From: Candidatus Wolfebacteria bacterium GW2011_GWE2_44_13
Lineage (GTDB): Bacteria > Patescibacteriota > Minisyncoccia > UBA6257 > UBA9933
Reading direction: 5' to 3'
NCBI GenBank assembly: GCA_001000675.1
Contig: LCHW01000001.1
Span: forward strand, 463 to 64,462
Length of the DNA stretch: 64,000 bases
Position numbers and translations under genes: made by a program. This document shows positions 36,128 through 46,933 of this stretch, in pieces. The number at the start of each line of letters is the position of its first letter. Within the stretch, counting starts at the first letter, position 1. The notes below the pieces were generated by a model. That model searched no databases, had not been told where the DNA came from, and was given only the letters and a program-made list of their open reading frames with translations.

Positions 36128-36149
36128 TTAAAATGACTTTTTATACTCT

Positions 36150-36316
36150 GTCATCCCGAGCCTAACCCTCGGCATTGCGGACGAGTGTGCGGGCGTGCAA
36201 TGCGCTGGGATGCTCGGGGCTCATAAGGTTTGCGCGCTCCGGGTGTCGAGGGATCTGCAGATCGTACTACAGATTCCTCGGCTCCGCGCAATACCGCTTC
36301 ACTCGGAATGACATAC
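36150..36316. repeat. MITE-like element of about 165 bp with terminal inverted repeats TGTCATCCCGAGC ... CTCGGAATGACA. Related to the 6394-6700 repeats.
   Basis: The internal segment TACTACAGATTCCTCGGC...CGCTTCACTCGGAATGACA matches the 6560-6600 segment of the tandem copies. Confidence 0.5.
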
Positions 36317-36353
36317 TCCCACAAAAATGCACGGCAATCGCCGTGCATTTTTA

Positions 36354-38186
36354 TTATTTCTTTAGTTCTGGCTCAATTTCTTTTAAGAATGCGCTTACTT
36401 TCTTTACTCCTAGGTCTCCATCTCCACGCTTTCTCACTGCCACGCTCTTCGCTTCTATTTCTTTATCGCCTACTACTAAGAGGTAGGGGATGCGCTTCAT
36501 TTCCGCTTCGCGAATCTTTTTCCCAACACTTCCATCATAGTCAGCCACTTCAACGCGAGCACCGAGCGCTTCGAGTTGTGCTGCAACTTCTTTTGCATAT
36601 GCAAGATGCCCTTCGCCTACGTTGATCACTTTTACTTGCACTGGTGAAAGCCATGTTGGTAAATCACCTGCGGTTGATTCGAGTAGAAACGAGAAGAATC
36701 GTTCGAATGAACCTAGAATTGCGCGGTGAATAACAACTACTGGCTGTTCTTTACCCTCGTTATCGATGTAGTTCAAGTTAAACTTTTGTGCGGAGTAATA
36801 ATCTACTTGAATTGTTGCAATAGTATCTTCCTTGCCATAGATATTTTTAATTTGAATATCTATCTTTGGCCCATAGAATGATGCTTCCCCAACTCCTTCC
36901 ACAAAATCGAGTTTGAGCTTTTTCAAAACATTCTTTAGTACATTTGCACCCTCATCCCAAATCTTTTTATTCTTCACGTCGCCAAACTTCTCCTTATTCT
37001 TGAAGTCGGGAAGTGAGAGACGGAACCAGTAGCCGCTAATATTAAAATCGTCGTATACCTTTTTAAATAAATCGAGGATCCCAATGATTTCTTTTTCTAG
37101 TTGATCTTGTGATGCGTAGATGTGTGAATCATTTTGAGTAAACCCGCGCGTGCGAATCATACCGTTTAATGTTCCTGATCGTTCAAAACGAAACACTGTT
37201 CCAAACTCAGCCATGCGCAACGGAAGGTCACGATAACTCATTAATTTATGGTTATAAATTGAGTGGTGATGCGGGCAATTCATCGGGCGCAAATAATATC
37301 GCTCGCCTTCGATTTCAATCGGCGCGTACATATCGTCCTTATAATGCGCAAGATGTCCTGACGTTTTATAGAGCCCTTCTTTTGCAAGAATCGGCGTTAA
37401 TACGTGCTTATATCCAGCCTTTTGCTCCTTTTCGTACATATAACTCTCGATGAGATGACGAATAAGGTATCCGTTTGGTAACCACAGGGGAAGTCCTTTT
37501 CCAATCTTTTCATCCATCATAAACAACTCTAACTTTTCAGCGAGTACACGATGATCTCTGCGCTCTGCTTCTTCTAACATGTGCAAGTGCGCTTCAAGCT
37601 CTTCTTTTGTTTCGAATGCGAGCCCGTAAATACGGGTAAGCATCGGATTTTTTTCTGATCCTTTCCAGTACGCTCCCGCAAGCTTTTGTAATTTAAATGC
37701 TTCTGGATTTATTTCTTTTGTGGATGCAACATGCGACCCTGCGCATAAGTCAGCAAAAATAACTTCCTTACCATCTTTTGTGGCATACATCGTCGGCTCT
37801 TTGCCGTCCTTCTTTAAATCTTTTATGAGCTCAAGCTTGTATGGCTGCGCTTTAAAGAATTTCTTTGCGTCATCATATGTTGTCTTTTCTTTTTTAAACA
37901 CCAACTCCTTATTCATCAGCCCGCGCATACGATTCTCAAGAACCTGCAAATCCTTATCAGTTACTTTTGCGGTTCCAAAATCAAAATCGTAATAAAACCC
38001 GTTTTCAATTACTGGGCCAATACCAAGCTTTGTTCCTGGAAACTTTTTTAACACTGCCTCCGCCAATAGGTGAGAAAGTGAGTGCCGTACCTTTTCGATG
38101 TTATTATTTGATGCCGCTTTTTTCACGGTCTTTTTAGTTGCTTTCATAGTTGTTTTAATACCTTTATTAAACGCCAAAGCGAACAA
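36354..38186 (-). CDS. thrS: Threonyl-tRNA synthetase (lacks the long N-terminal TGS extension).
   Basis: 610 aa; class II aaRS core and anticodon-binding domain (…HRAILGSFERF…). The start may be the internal MKATKK. Confidence 0.9.
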   Translation of the reverse strand: MFALAFNKGIKTTMKATKKTVKKAASNNNIEKVRHSLSHLLAEAVLKKFPGTKLGIGPVIENGFYYDFDFGTAKVTDKDLQVLENRMRGLMNKELVFKKEKTTYDDAKKFFKAQPYKLELIKDLKKDGKEPTMYATKDGKEVIFADLCAGSHVASTKEINPEAFKLQKLAGAYWKGSEKNPMLTRIYGLAFETKEELEAHLHMLEEAERRDHRVLAEKLELFMMDEKIGKGLPLWLPNGYLIRHLIESYMYEKEQKAGYKHVLTPILAKEGLYKTSGHLAHYKDDMYAPIEIEGERYYLRPMNCPHHHSIYNHKLMSYRDLPLRMAEFGTVFRFERSGTLNGMIRTRGFTQNDSHIYASQDQLEKEIIGILDLFKKVYDDFNISGYWFRLSLPDFKNKEKFGDVKNKKIWDEGANVLKNVLKKLKLDFVEGVGEASFYGPKIDIQIKNIYGKEDTIATIQVDYYSAQKFNLNYIDNEGKEQPVVVIHRAILGSFERFFSFLLESTAGDLPTWLSPVQVKVINVGEGHLAYAKEVAAQLEALGARVEVADYDGSVGKKIREAEMKRIPYLLVVGDKEIEAKSVAVRKRGDGDLGVKKVSAFLKEIEPELKK

Positions 38187-38254
38187 AATTGCAAAAACCC
38201 TATTCTCTCCGCTATAACAAAAAGGGTCTCGCTCGTGCGAGACCCAAAACCGTA

Positions 38255-38623
38255 TCAGGGCAATTTCATTGCCTCAATTGAAAGAGCTTTCTTTTTCCCC
38301 GTTATGCCGTTTACTTCGTATCGCACAAGAACCTTTGATGCGTGTCTGACGGCGTCATAGAGCTTTCCGTCGACCACCATAGTTGCTTTCTCTTTTTCGC
38401 CCCAGCCGACCGTAAGTCTCCACTCGCAGGTCCAATTAACCGATCCACTTTCAATTTGAATATAGGAAATGTGCTTCTCTTGCACCTCTCCTACAACTTC
38501 ACACTTCTTTTTCAACCGCCATCCCATGATAATCGGATAGAGTAGCACGATGAAAATCGTCGCTACCGCTCCTACGATAAACTTCCCTTGCCAGCACCCC
38601 ATCATTATCTCCAAGTAGTCCAC
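38255..38623 (-). CDS. Hypothetical small membrane protein (122 aa).
   Basis: One N-terminal TM helix (FIVGAVATIFIVLLYPIIMGW). Confidence 0.45.
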   Translation of the reverse strand: MDYLEIMMGCWQGKFIVGAVATIFIVLLYPIIMGWRLKKKCEVVGEVQEKHISYIQIESGSVNWTCEWRLTVGWGEKEKATMVVDGKLYDAVRHASKVLVRYEVNGITGKKKALSIEAMKLP

Positions 38624-38788
38624 GGCGCACCCTTTCGTCTCGTTGATAATATGCTGATATAAGTAAATCTCTTTTACTCTTTGGTGTCAATTTTATTCTC
38701 TTACAAATATTTTTCTTGACATTCCTCCCTGCCTGCGGTATTTATTATTCAGCAACTTTTCATCAACCCCTAACAGAGGAGTAGGACG

Positions 38789-39232
38789 ATGCAGAAAATT
38801 TTTGGTATTTTTATGGCGCTCGTGATCTCAGTTTTGTTTACTTCGTTACCGGCTTTTGCCGAGTGGGACCCTCAAATTCCCACGCCCGAACAGACGCGCG
38901 CAATGCTCGCACCTCCGAGTGCCGGCCCTGAAGCTCCCTTGCCTCAGAACCTGATTTACCAGTCCGGCGTCAACACCAGCTATGACATGGATTGGGCGCG
39001 CCTCCAGTACCTAAAGGCGCTTAGTCAAAATAATTTTGAGACGTGCCAAAGTCTGTATAAAGGCAACACGATTCTCCTTCTCGCAGGGAGAATCCCCACA
39101 GCACACGTTTCCAATCTTGTTTTCCGGGAATTACAGGCTGATGTTTTTTGTCTGACAGCACAAGCCCAGGCCCTCGAATACGAACGTCTTCTCGACAATC
39201 TCATCCCGCGCTACATTCGCAGGATGGAATAA
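38789..39232 (+). CDS. Hypothetical secreted protein (147 aa).
   Basis: Signal peptide MQKIFGIFMALVISVLFTSLPAFA. A TTGACA-17-TATTTAT promoter-like sequence lies at about 38717-38746. Confidence 0.55.
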   Translation: MQKIFGIFMALVISVLFTSLPAFAEWDPQIPTPEQTRAMLAPPSAGPEAPLPQNLIYQSGVNTSYDMDWARLQYLKALSQNNFETCQSLYKGNTILLLAGRIPTAHVSNLVFRELQADVFCLTAQAQALEYERLLDNLIPRYIRRME

Positions 39233-39268
39233 TCCTGCCCAAGCATACCACTTTCAAGGAGATTACCG

Positions 39269-39688
39269 ATGAGGAACCTTGTTTTAATGTTTATGGCAAT
39301 AAGTGCGCTGCTTCTGTCTTTCGTAAACCCCTCCCTGAGCTGCGACGTCGCTTCGCTGACTCTGCCGACAAGGCAGGCTGTTAAGCCTTGCTTGAACACC
39401 AGCCTCCCGACAGACTTCGTTATCCTTTCGGGCGATTTCGACATTCGTCGCTTCAATGAGCTTCGCGCAGCTGCTTTTAACGTCGCGTCTGAGCGCAACT
39501 TCGCGCAAAGTGCTGCCCTCTATAAGCAGGTTGAAAAGATCCTCAATAGTCGCGGCCTTGAGCAGAACGAGCTCGAGGAGGCCGTTTCTCTTGAAACGCT
39601 CGCCGGCTCACTCTTTCACTTGGCAACTTGGCAATACGACCAATACCAAGAAATTCAGGGACGACTACAAGCCACGGCTTCGCAGTAG
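39269..39688 (+). CDS. Hypothetical secreted protein (139 aa).
   Basis: Signal peptide MRNLVLMFMAISALLLSFVNPSLSC. Probably co-transcribed with the preceding gene. Confidence 0.55.
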   Translation: MRNLVLMFMAISALLLSFVNPSLSCDVASLTLPTRQAVKPCLNTSLPTDFVILSGDFDIRRFNELRAAAFNVASERNFAQSAALYKQVEKILNSRGLEQNELEEAVSLETLAGSLFHLATWQYDQYQEIQGRLQATASQ

Positions 39689-39707
39689 TTACAAGTTTCG
39701 TTTACGT

Positions 39708-39742
39708 ACCAAAAAGCCGGCGCATGCGCCGGCCTTTTTTAT
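39708..39742. terminator. Bidirectional terminator GCCGGCGCATGCGCCGGC flanked by A/T runs.
   Basis: Lies between convergent genes. Confidence 0.7.
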
Positions 39743-42700
39743 TACACAAGCTCTACCGCTCCTTCGCAAATGAATTTCATTTCTGAGTCTTTCGCAGAAA
39801 GTTTTCCTTCGGCAACGATAAGCTTATTTTCAGTCCACAGATTTGGATTGCGTGCGAGTGTTTCCGTAAACACAATCGCTTCAATACTTTCGTTTGCGTC
39901 TTCTATGCGCGCAAACGCCATTGCCTTTCCATTCTTGGTTGTAATTTTTTTAACTCCTGTCACTACTCCAGCGATGCGATGCTTATTTTGATCTTTTTGA
40001 TCGATCAATAATAAATCGCGAATCGTCTTTACCTTATATTGCATCAGCTGCGCCTTATGTTCGGACAGAGGATGATCGGAAATATATAATCCCAACAATT
40101 CTTTTTCCCAATTCAACTTATCCTTTTTCGAAATTGGCTCTGCATCTCTAAGATTCAAAACACTCTTCGAATATACTGTCCCGAATAAATTGTTCTGATT
40201 ATTTGTTTCGTTCTTTTTGATTGTTTGTGAATAGCGCAATATTTCATCCATGTTTGCGAGAATTTTTCCTCGCTCAAGCTTGAATGAATCGAATACTCCT
40301 GCTTTCGTTAAACTCTCAATCGACTTCTTGTTAATGTCTTTGTGCTTTACGCGCGTCAACACATCCTCGAGGCTTTCGTACGGTCCGTTTTGCTTTCTCT
40401 CTTCGATAATAGCTTCAACTACTGCGGATCCGACGTTTTTAATAGCGAGCAATCCAAAGCGGATATTATTATCTTGCGGTGCAAAGTTTACTGCACTTTC
40501 ATTGATGTCGGGTGGAGCCACGGTAATGCCGTGCTTTTTCGCTTCATCAATCAAGAATGCAATACGCTCAATGTCGTCACTCTCCGAATTAAAGAGTGCG
40601 GTCATAAACTCAATCGGATGGTGCGCTTTTAGATATGCTGTTTGGTATCCTATTAATCCATAACAGACACTGTGCGATCGGTTGAATCCGTACTTTGCAA
40701 ACGGTGGAAACAATTCCCAAATCTTTCGCGCGGTCTTTTCGTTGATGCCATTAGCAATCATTCCGTCAATCAGCTTAAACTCCTGTTCGTCGAGCAACGC
40801 CTGAATTTTTTTACCGATTGCCTTGCGCAATGTGTCTGCCTCTGCAAGTGTGTACCCTGCAAGGTCGCGCGCAATGCGCATCATCTGTTCTTGGTAGATA
40901 CCAATACCGTATGTCTTACCAAGAATCGGTTGTAGCAATGGATGCAATAGCTTCACCTCTTCGCGACCATACTTTCTATTAATATAGTCGGGGATAAGTT
41001 CCATCGGCCCCGGGCGATAGAGCGCAACCATAGCGACCACGTCTTCAAATTCAGTAGGCTTCAACTCTTTTAAGTAGCGCCGCATACCCGCTGACTCAAA
41101 TTGGAACACGCCCACCGTATCTCCGTTTTGCAATACTTCAAACGTTTTTGGGTCATCGAGCGGAATCTCCGAAATGTTTATTAACTCGCCCGTACTTTCC
41201 TGCAATAAGCGCAATGCCTCTTCTATAATAGTAAGGTTTCGCAATCCAAGAAAGTCCATCTTAAGCAGCCCGAGCTTTTCTATAATGCCTTGCTCAAATT
41301 GCGTTATGACTGAATTTTCATTTTGTGGCGATCGTTGTAATGCCACAACGTTCGTTAGTGGCTCTGCCGCGATAATGATTCCACAAGCGTGTACTGATGC
41401 GTGTCGGGCAACTCCTTCTAATTTCTTTGCAGCGTCAATTAATTTTTTTGCATCAGGGTTTGTATTGTACAGTGTTCGCATCTCTTCCACTGCATCAAGC
41501 GCCTGCGCAAGATTCTTTACTGGTGTTGGGGGAGCGGGGACAAGTTTTGCAACCTGATCGCAAAATGCGTACGGCAATCCAAGCGCACGTCCTGCATCAC
41601 GAATAGCAGCGCGTGCCGCCATTGTTCCGAATGTAATAATTTGCGCAACACGATCAGCTCCGTATTTTTCTCGCACATAATTTACCACTTCGTCGCGTCG
41701 CTTATCGGCAAAGTCGATATCAATATCCGGCATCTGAATACGATCTGGATTTAAAAATCGCTCAAAAAGTAAATCGTATTTTATTGGATCTACGTCGGTG
41801 ATTGTTAACACATATGCAACAAGACTTCCTGCTGCCGAACCACGCCCTGGCCCTACTACTACTCCATGGTCGCGTGCCCATTTAATAAAATCTTGCACGA
41901 TAAGAAAGTAATCGGCATAGCCCGTGTTACGAATAACACGGATTTCGTACTCCATTCGGTCCTGCACTTCTTGTGTAATTTCTTTGTACCGTGAAGAAAG
42001 CCCTTCTCGAATAATCTTTTCGAGATAGTCCATACTGTCCATTCCTCCTGGTGTTTCGAACTTCGGCAAGCGCACAACGTCGAGTTCAAGCTCTACATTG
42101 CATCGTTCGGCAATCTTATTTGTGTTCTCGATTGCCTCGGGAATATCCGCAAACCATTCGGCCATTTCTTCTGCCGAATTCATTGCATAATTTTCCGTCA
42201 TCATCGACATACGCCCTGTATCATTTACCGTGTTGCCGGTTTGTACTGCAAGAAGAATATCTTGGTACTCTGCGTCTTCGGGTCTGGCATAGTGAATATC
42301 TTTTGTTGCAACCACAGGGATGTCTAACTTTTTTGCAATTTCCCGTAACCCTTTTACTGCGATTGCCGCGTCAGGAATATTTGGTAAGTGCCATAGCTCA
42401 ATAAAGAAATTTCCTTTCCCGAATAAATTTACATATTCTTTTGCTTTTGCTTCTGCCTCCTCCATTCGTCCGTGCAAACAAAATTGTGCTATTTCTCCAC
42501 CGAGGCACCCTGATAATGCGATGAGTCCTTCATGCCACTTTTCTAAAATCTCTTGATCGATCCGTGGCTTATAATAAAACCCCTCCAAGTGCGAGCTGGA
42601 AGATAACTTTAATAAATTCTTCCACCCGGTTTCATTTTCACAAATTAAGGTGAGGTGGTTATAGTTTTCTTTTGCTTTTTTCCCGACGCCAGAGCTTTCA

Positions 42701-42945
42701 TCTTTTACAAGTTGTCGGTCATGTCGGCTGCCCTTTGCTACATAGGCTTCAAGCCCTAAAAGGGGCTTTATTCCTGCCTTTTTTGCCTTTGAATAAAATT
42801 CTACCGCTCCATATAGGTTGCCGTGATCGGTGAGCGCAAGTGCCTCCATGCCGAGTTCTTTTGCTCGATCTACAAGATCATCGATCTTTGCAAGGCCGTC
42901 GAGCAGGGAATAGTGTGAGTGGGTGTGGAGGTGGACGAATTTCAT
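39742..42945 (-). CDS. dnaE: DNA polymerase III alpha subunit.
   Basis: PHP domain start MKFVHLHTHSHYSLLDG; about 1067 aa from that ATG (the track ORF extends 10 codons upstream). Confidence 0.9.
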   Translation of the reverse strand: MKFVHLHTHSHYSLLDGLAKIDDLVDRAKELGMEALALTDHGNLYGAVEFYSKAKKAGIKPLLGLEAYVAKGSRHDRQLVKDESSGVGKKAKENYNHLTLICENETGWKNLLKLSSSSHLEGFYYKPRIDQEILEKWHEGLIALSGCLGGEIAQFCLHGRMEEAEAKAKEYVNLFGKGNFFIELWHLPNIPDAAIAVKGLREIAKKLDIPVVATKDIHYARPEDAEYQDILLAVQTGNTVNDTGRMSMMTENYAMNSAEEMAEWFADIPEAIENTNKIAERCNVELELDVVRLPKFETPGGMDSMDYLEKIIREGLSSRYKEITQEVQDRMEYEIRVIRNTGYADYFLIVQDFIKWARDHGVVVGPGRGSAAGSLVAYVLTITDVDPIKYDLLFERFLNPDRIQMPDIDIDFADKRRDEVVNYVREKYGADRVAQIITFGTMAARAAIRDAGRALGLPYAFCDQVAKLVPAPPTPVKNLAQALDAVEEMRTLYNTNPDAKKLIDAAKKLEGVARHASVHACGIIIAAEPLTNVVALQRSPQNENSVITQFEQGIIEKLGLLKMDFLGLRNLTIIEEALRLLQESTGELINISEIPLDDPKTFEVLQNGDTVGVFQFESAGMRRYLKELKPTEFEDVVAMVALYRPGPMELIPDYINRKYGREEVKLLHPLLQPILGKTYGIGIYQEQMMRIARDLAGYTLAEADTLRKAIGKKIQALLDEQEFKLIDGMIANGINEKTARKIWELFPPFAKYGFNRSHSVCYGLIGYQTAYLKAHHPIEFMTALFNSESDDIERIAFLIDEAKKHGITVAPPDINESAVNFAPQDNNIRFGLLAIKNVGSAVVEAIIEERKQNGPYESLEDVLTRVKHKDINKKSIESLTKAGVFDSFKLERGKILANMDEILRYSQTIKKNETNNQNNLFGTVYSKSVLNLRDAEPISKKDKLNWEKELLGLYISDHPLSEHKAQLMQYKVKTIRDLLLIDQKDQNKHRIAGVVTGVKKITTKNGKAMAFARIEDANESIEAIVFTETLARNPNLWTENKLIVAEGKLSAKDSEMKFICEGAVELV

Positions 42946-43107
42946 AGCAGAAGAGGTTGGCGGTGTTACCCCCATTATACGAGAAGAATCAGGTTTGTAA
43001 ACAAAAAATATTTATTCTTTTCTCCCTATTGACAGCTTTCTAAAATCCATTACTATGTATCACAAATAAAGGTCATATTTATTACTTTTACCAATTAGAA
43101 ATTTTAA

Positions 43108-43344
43108 ATGACACAAGAACGCATTGCCACTCCTATACTGAACTATTCAGAAAGTGAAGACCTTATCTTTGAGATAGGGGATGAAGAGCCTACAACAACC
43201 AAGAAATCTGCAAACGATGACCGTGTTGGATACGGTCATGAAGTTGAGCCGGATGAGGAATCTGATATTGTCGAAGAGGATGATGACATCCTTGACGAAT
43301 TCTCTGATTTTGACTGGGACGACGAGGAAGAGCCCGCTGAATAA
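43108..43344 (+). CDS. Small, highly acidic hypothetical protein (78 aa).
   Basis: DEEPTTTKK...EEDDDILDEFSDFDWDDEEEPAE. A TTGACA-17-TATGTA promoter candidate lies at about 43029-43058 and a terminator hairpin at about 43362-43392. Confidence 0.45.
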   Translation: MTQERIATPILNYSESEDLIFEIGDEEPTTTKKSANDDRVGYGHEVEPDEESDIVEEDDDILDEFSDFDWDDEEEPAE

Positions 43345-43484
43345 GTATTCGAAAAAAAGACTGTAGTAATACGGTCTTTTTTGTTAGTTTTTCATAATTT
43401 TAGTACACTATATAGATACTCCTTTTTGTATTATATTGACTTTCCGTAATTTTTATCGTGTAATTCCCATTTACTCATTCTCCT

Positions 43485-45572
43485 ATGACCACATCTACTC
43501 ATCCCCATAAACGAGCTGACCACAAAAGGCGCAATCTTATTATTAAGATTATCTCCATATCTATTGTTCTTATCGTTGCACTTGGTATCGCTGGTGTTAT
43601 ACACGTAGCGCGTATCGCTAAGAATTTGCCTGACCCACAAAAATCGGGCAGTTGGCAAATGCAGGAATCGACCAAGCTGTATGACCGAACGGGGGAGATT
43701 CTTTTGTATGAGGTAAACGCACAAGGAAAACGCACTGTTATTCCATTTGACCAGATTCCAACAAATGCAAAGAATGCAACTGTTTCCATCGAGGATGCAG
43801 GGTTTTACAGCCACTCTGCAATTGACCTTATCGGTATTTTTCGCGCAGTGTTTATTAACCTTATGAGTGGCGAAATTACGCAAGGAGCATCCACTATCAC
43901 GCAGCAGTTGGCAAAAAATGCATTCCTTACGCCAGAACGCACGTATGCGCGAAAGATTAACGAAATTATTCTCGCATTTTGGATTGAACGGTATTACAGT
44001 AAGGATGAAATTTTAAATCTCTATCTTAATCAGATTGCGTACGGCGCCGGTGCTAACGGCATTGAAGCAGGGTCGCAAACTTATTTTGGAAAATCTGCTA
44101 AAGACTTAACACTTCTTGAAGCTACAACGCTCGCGGCTATTATTCAGCGCCCAAGCTATTATTCCCCTTGGGGCTCTCATAAAGCAGACCTTATTAAGCG
44201 CAAGGATCGTGTCTTGGAAGAAATGTACGCTGCGGGGCATATCTCCCAGAAGCAACGCGATGACAACTTAAAAATATCTCCTCGTTTTCTTGAACAAAGT
44301 ATCGGTTCTATTAAGGCACCTCATTTTTCCATGGCGGTTCGCGACTATCTTCTTAACAAGTATGGGGAAGATGTTATTAATAAAGGCGGTTTGAAAGTTA
44401 TTACTACGCTTGATTACAACCTCCAACAAGTTGCAGAACGTGTTGTAAAAGAGGGGGCTGCAAACAATGCCGAATTATATAAGGGACATAATGCTTCCCT
44501 TGTTGCGCAAGACACTAAAACAGGACAAATTCTTTCTCTTGTTGGGTCTGCTGATTATTTTGACGAAACAATTGATGGTAATTTTAACGTTGCTATTCAG
44601 GGGTTGCGACAGCCAGGATCATCCATTAAACCGTTTGCGTATATGACTGCATTCCAAAAAGGATACACGCCTGAAACTATCCTTTTTGACGTTTCTACTG
44701 AGTTCGATACGAGTGGAACAGTGAGTTATCGTCCTGAAAACTACGATCATACCTATCGCGGCCCAATTAATTTGCGCGATTCATTGGCACAATCAATAAA
44801 CGTGACCGCTGTTAAAGCACTCTATCTCGCGGGTCTTGATGATACAATTAAAAATGCTTTTGATTTTGGTCTTTCTACGTTAACCGACCCAAAGCGATAC
44901 GGCCTTTCATTTGTTCTTGGAGGAGGAGAGATTCGGTTGTTCGATATGGTTGGCGCCTATTCTGTTCTTGCACAAGATGGCATTAAACATCAGCAATCCC
45001 TTATTTTAAGTGTTGAAGATGCCCGAGGAAATCTGTTAGAGAAATATCTCGATCGTTCAACACAAGTTATTGAGGCTCAATATCCTCGTATGATTAATGA
45101 TGTTCTTTCGGATCCGGAAGCTCGACGCCCTCTTTTTCAAAACAGCTTTGATTTAACGGTATTCCCTGATCGTGATATTGCCTTAAAAACAGGAACAACA
45201 AACGATTATCGGGATGCTTGGGTTTTTGGTTATACTCCTTCGCTTGTAGTAGGTGTTTGGGCGGGGAATAACGACAATACACCAATGCAACGCAGTGGTG
45301 GTAGTATCCTTGCGGCAGTTCCTATTTGGAACGGTTTTATGGCTGAAGCATTATTAACGCAACCGACGGAAACATTTACTCGTCCTGAGCCCGTTTCTGT
45401 CGCAAAACCAATGTTCGATGGCAATTATCTTTCTAACGGAGAGATACATTCCATACTCCATTACGTTGATCGTGCAGATCCTACTGGATCTATCCCTGGG
45501 AATCCTTCTCAAGACCCCCAGTACCCGCTCTGGGAAGCCCCTGTACGCACGTGGGCAATCAACAACGGATAA
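43485..45572 (+). CDS. Class A penicillin-binding protein (bifunctional glycosyltransferase/transpeptidase, PBP1A-like).
   Basis: N-terminal TM anchor; GT51 motifs (EDAGFYSHSAID, RKINEI); transpeptidase SxxK (GSSIKPF), SxN (SLAQSIN) and KTGT. Confidence 0.9.
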   Translation: MTTSTHPHKRADHKRRNLIIKIISISIVLIVALGIAGVIHVARIAKNLPDPQKSGSWQMQESTKLYDRTGEILLYEVNAQGKRTVIPFDQIPTNAKNATVSIEDAGFYSHSAIDLIGIFRAVFINLMSGEITQGASTITQQLAKNAFLTPERTYARKINEIILAFWIERYYSKDEILNLYLNQIAYGAGANGIEAGSQTYFGKSAKDLTLLEATTLAAIIQRPSYYSPWGSHKADLIKRKDRVLEEMYAAGHISQKQRDDNLKISPRFLEQSIGSIKAPHFSMAVRDYLLNKYGEDVINKGGLKVITTLDYNLQQVAERVVKEGAANNAELYKGHNASLVAQDTKTGQILSLVGSADYFDETIDGNFNVAIQGLRQPGSSIKPFAYMTAFQKGYTPETILFDVSTEFDTSGTVSYRPENYDHTYRGPINLRDSLAQSINVTAVKALYLAGLDDTIKNAFDFGLSTLTDPKRYGLSFVLGGGEIRLFDMVGAYSVLAQDGIKHQQSLILSVEDARGNLLEKYLDRSTQVIEAQYPRMINDVLSDPEARRPLFQNSFDLTVFPDRDIALKTGTTNDYRDAWVFGYTPSLVVGVWAGNNDNTPMQRSGGSILAAVPIWNGFMAEALLTQPTETFTRPEPVSVAKPMFDGNYLSNGEIHSILHYVDRADPTGSIPGNPSQDPQYPLWEAPVRTWAINNG

Positions 45573-45577
45573 CACAT

Positions 45578-45615
45578 CAAAAAAATTGCTTCGTCGTCTG
45601 ACGAAGCAATTTTTT
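45578..45615. terminator. Bidirectional terminator AAAAAATTGCTTCGTCGTCTGACGAAGCAATTTTTT.
   Basis: Lies between convergent PBP and dnaN. Confidence 0.7.
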
Positions 45616-45647
45616 ACAAACTTTATTTTTTAGGGTGTTATATTTTT

Positions 45648-46766
45648 TCACTCCGACTTTATCGGCATGATTATATAAAAATAATCAGTTACATTCATTG
45701 GCTTTATAATCGCTGGTTTGTTATCCCCATTTAATCCAATAGTCACATTTTCTGTGGTAATACTTTTCATACCATCGAATAAGAATTTCCAGTTAAACAC
45801 AATCTCCATCGAATCTCCTTTTATTTTTGCAGGAATAAGATACTGGTTTTCTCCTAAAATCGGGTTTGATGAGAATAATTCAATATTCTTTACACCCTCT
45901 TTAATAATAACCCGAATTTCATTCATCTTATCCGAGAATGCTCCTGTTAATTTAAGTGCATTAACTAGCTGATCTCTATTTACAATTACTTCGATTGATG
46001 TTTCTTTCGGGATAATCTGCTGATAATCAGGAAAATCTCCGTTAATTACACGAGAAACGAGTTCGAATTTTTCAGTTCTAAATAATATTTGGCTTTGATC
46101 AAAATAGATCTTTATCTTTTCATCATCCTTTTCCGACATTATCCGCACAAGCTCTTGAATCGTCTTTAGTGGAACAATCATCTTCACTTTCTGTTCGATA
46201 TTCGCTTTATATCTATTTTCATTAATCGTTTTTTCCGCAAGACGGAAACTATCGGTTGCAGCAAACTTCACGAAATTTACTTGATAATCAAAGAGTATTC
46301 CTCCAAGTTCAGGACGAATCGCTGATCCTTGGCTTGCGGTAATAATCGAGAGGAATGAATCTTTTAGTAATCCACTTTCTATTTCGATATATTCCTTTTC
46401 GTTTTCTATTTTCGGAATAATTGGAAACTCTTCTTTCTTTGTTCCTTGTATTTTAGCCTGATAATTCTCTGTTTTAATAATCAAGTTATTCGCTTTTGTT
46501 TCCAAACTAACGCGCTCGCTCTCGAGATTATTAATAATCGAAGAGAGGACACTTAGCGGAACGGTAATACTCCCATCCTGTATCACTTTTGCAGGGATAA
46601 CACTTGCTATCGCCATTTCTAAATTTGTTACTGAAAACTTTATTTTATTTTCGTGTGTTTCAATAAGACAATTTTTTAAGATTGGGAGTGATGCATTTTC
46701 AGACCCAATCTTCCCAAGGGAAGCGATCCCTTCACGTAAATTTGTTTTCAGTACAATTAGTTCCAT
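45648..46766 (-). CDS. dnaN: DNA polymerase III beta sliding clamp.
   Basis: 372 aa, immediately downstream of dnaA. Confidence 0.9.
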   Translation of the reverse strand: MELIVLKTNLREGIASLGKIGSENASLPILKNCLIETHENKIKFSVTNLEMAIASVIPAKVIQDGSITVPLSVLSSIINNLESERVSLETKANNLIIKTENYQAKIQGTKKEEFPIIPKIENEKEYIEIESGLLKDSFLSIITASQGSAIRPELGGILFDYQVNFVKFAATDSFRLAEKTINENRYKANIEQKVKMIVPLKTIQELVRIMSEKDDEKIKIYFDQSQILFRTEKFELVSRVINGDFPDYQQIIPKETSIEVIVNRDQLVNALKLTGAFSDKMNEIRVIIKEGVKNIELFSSNPILGENQYLIPAKIKGDSMEIVFNWKFLFDGMKSITTENVTIGLNGDNKPAIIKPMNVTDYFYIIMPIKSE

Positions 46767-46933
46767 AGGTAAAATTTTATACTCAGTGCATTCATACTAT
46801 ATCTATTACTATATTATATTAAAAATAGTAGTAGGAGTAGTAGGGGTGTGGACAGTGTGGATAAGTGGATATAAAGGAGTAACGGAGCGGATTTTTTAAG
46901 AATTATTTTTGTGGATAACAGGGGAGTAATAAA
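46767..46933. promoter_or_regulatory. oriC: dnaA-dnaN intergenic region carrying DnaA boxes and an AT-rich segment. Candidate oriC / DNA-unwinding element.
   Basis: TGTGGATAA at 46856-46864 and 46910-46918, plus degenerate boxes (TGTGGACAG, GTGGATATA). AT-rich stretch at 46780-46845. Confidence 0.55.
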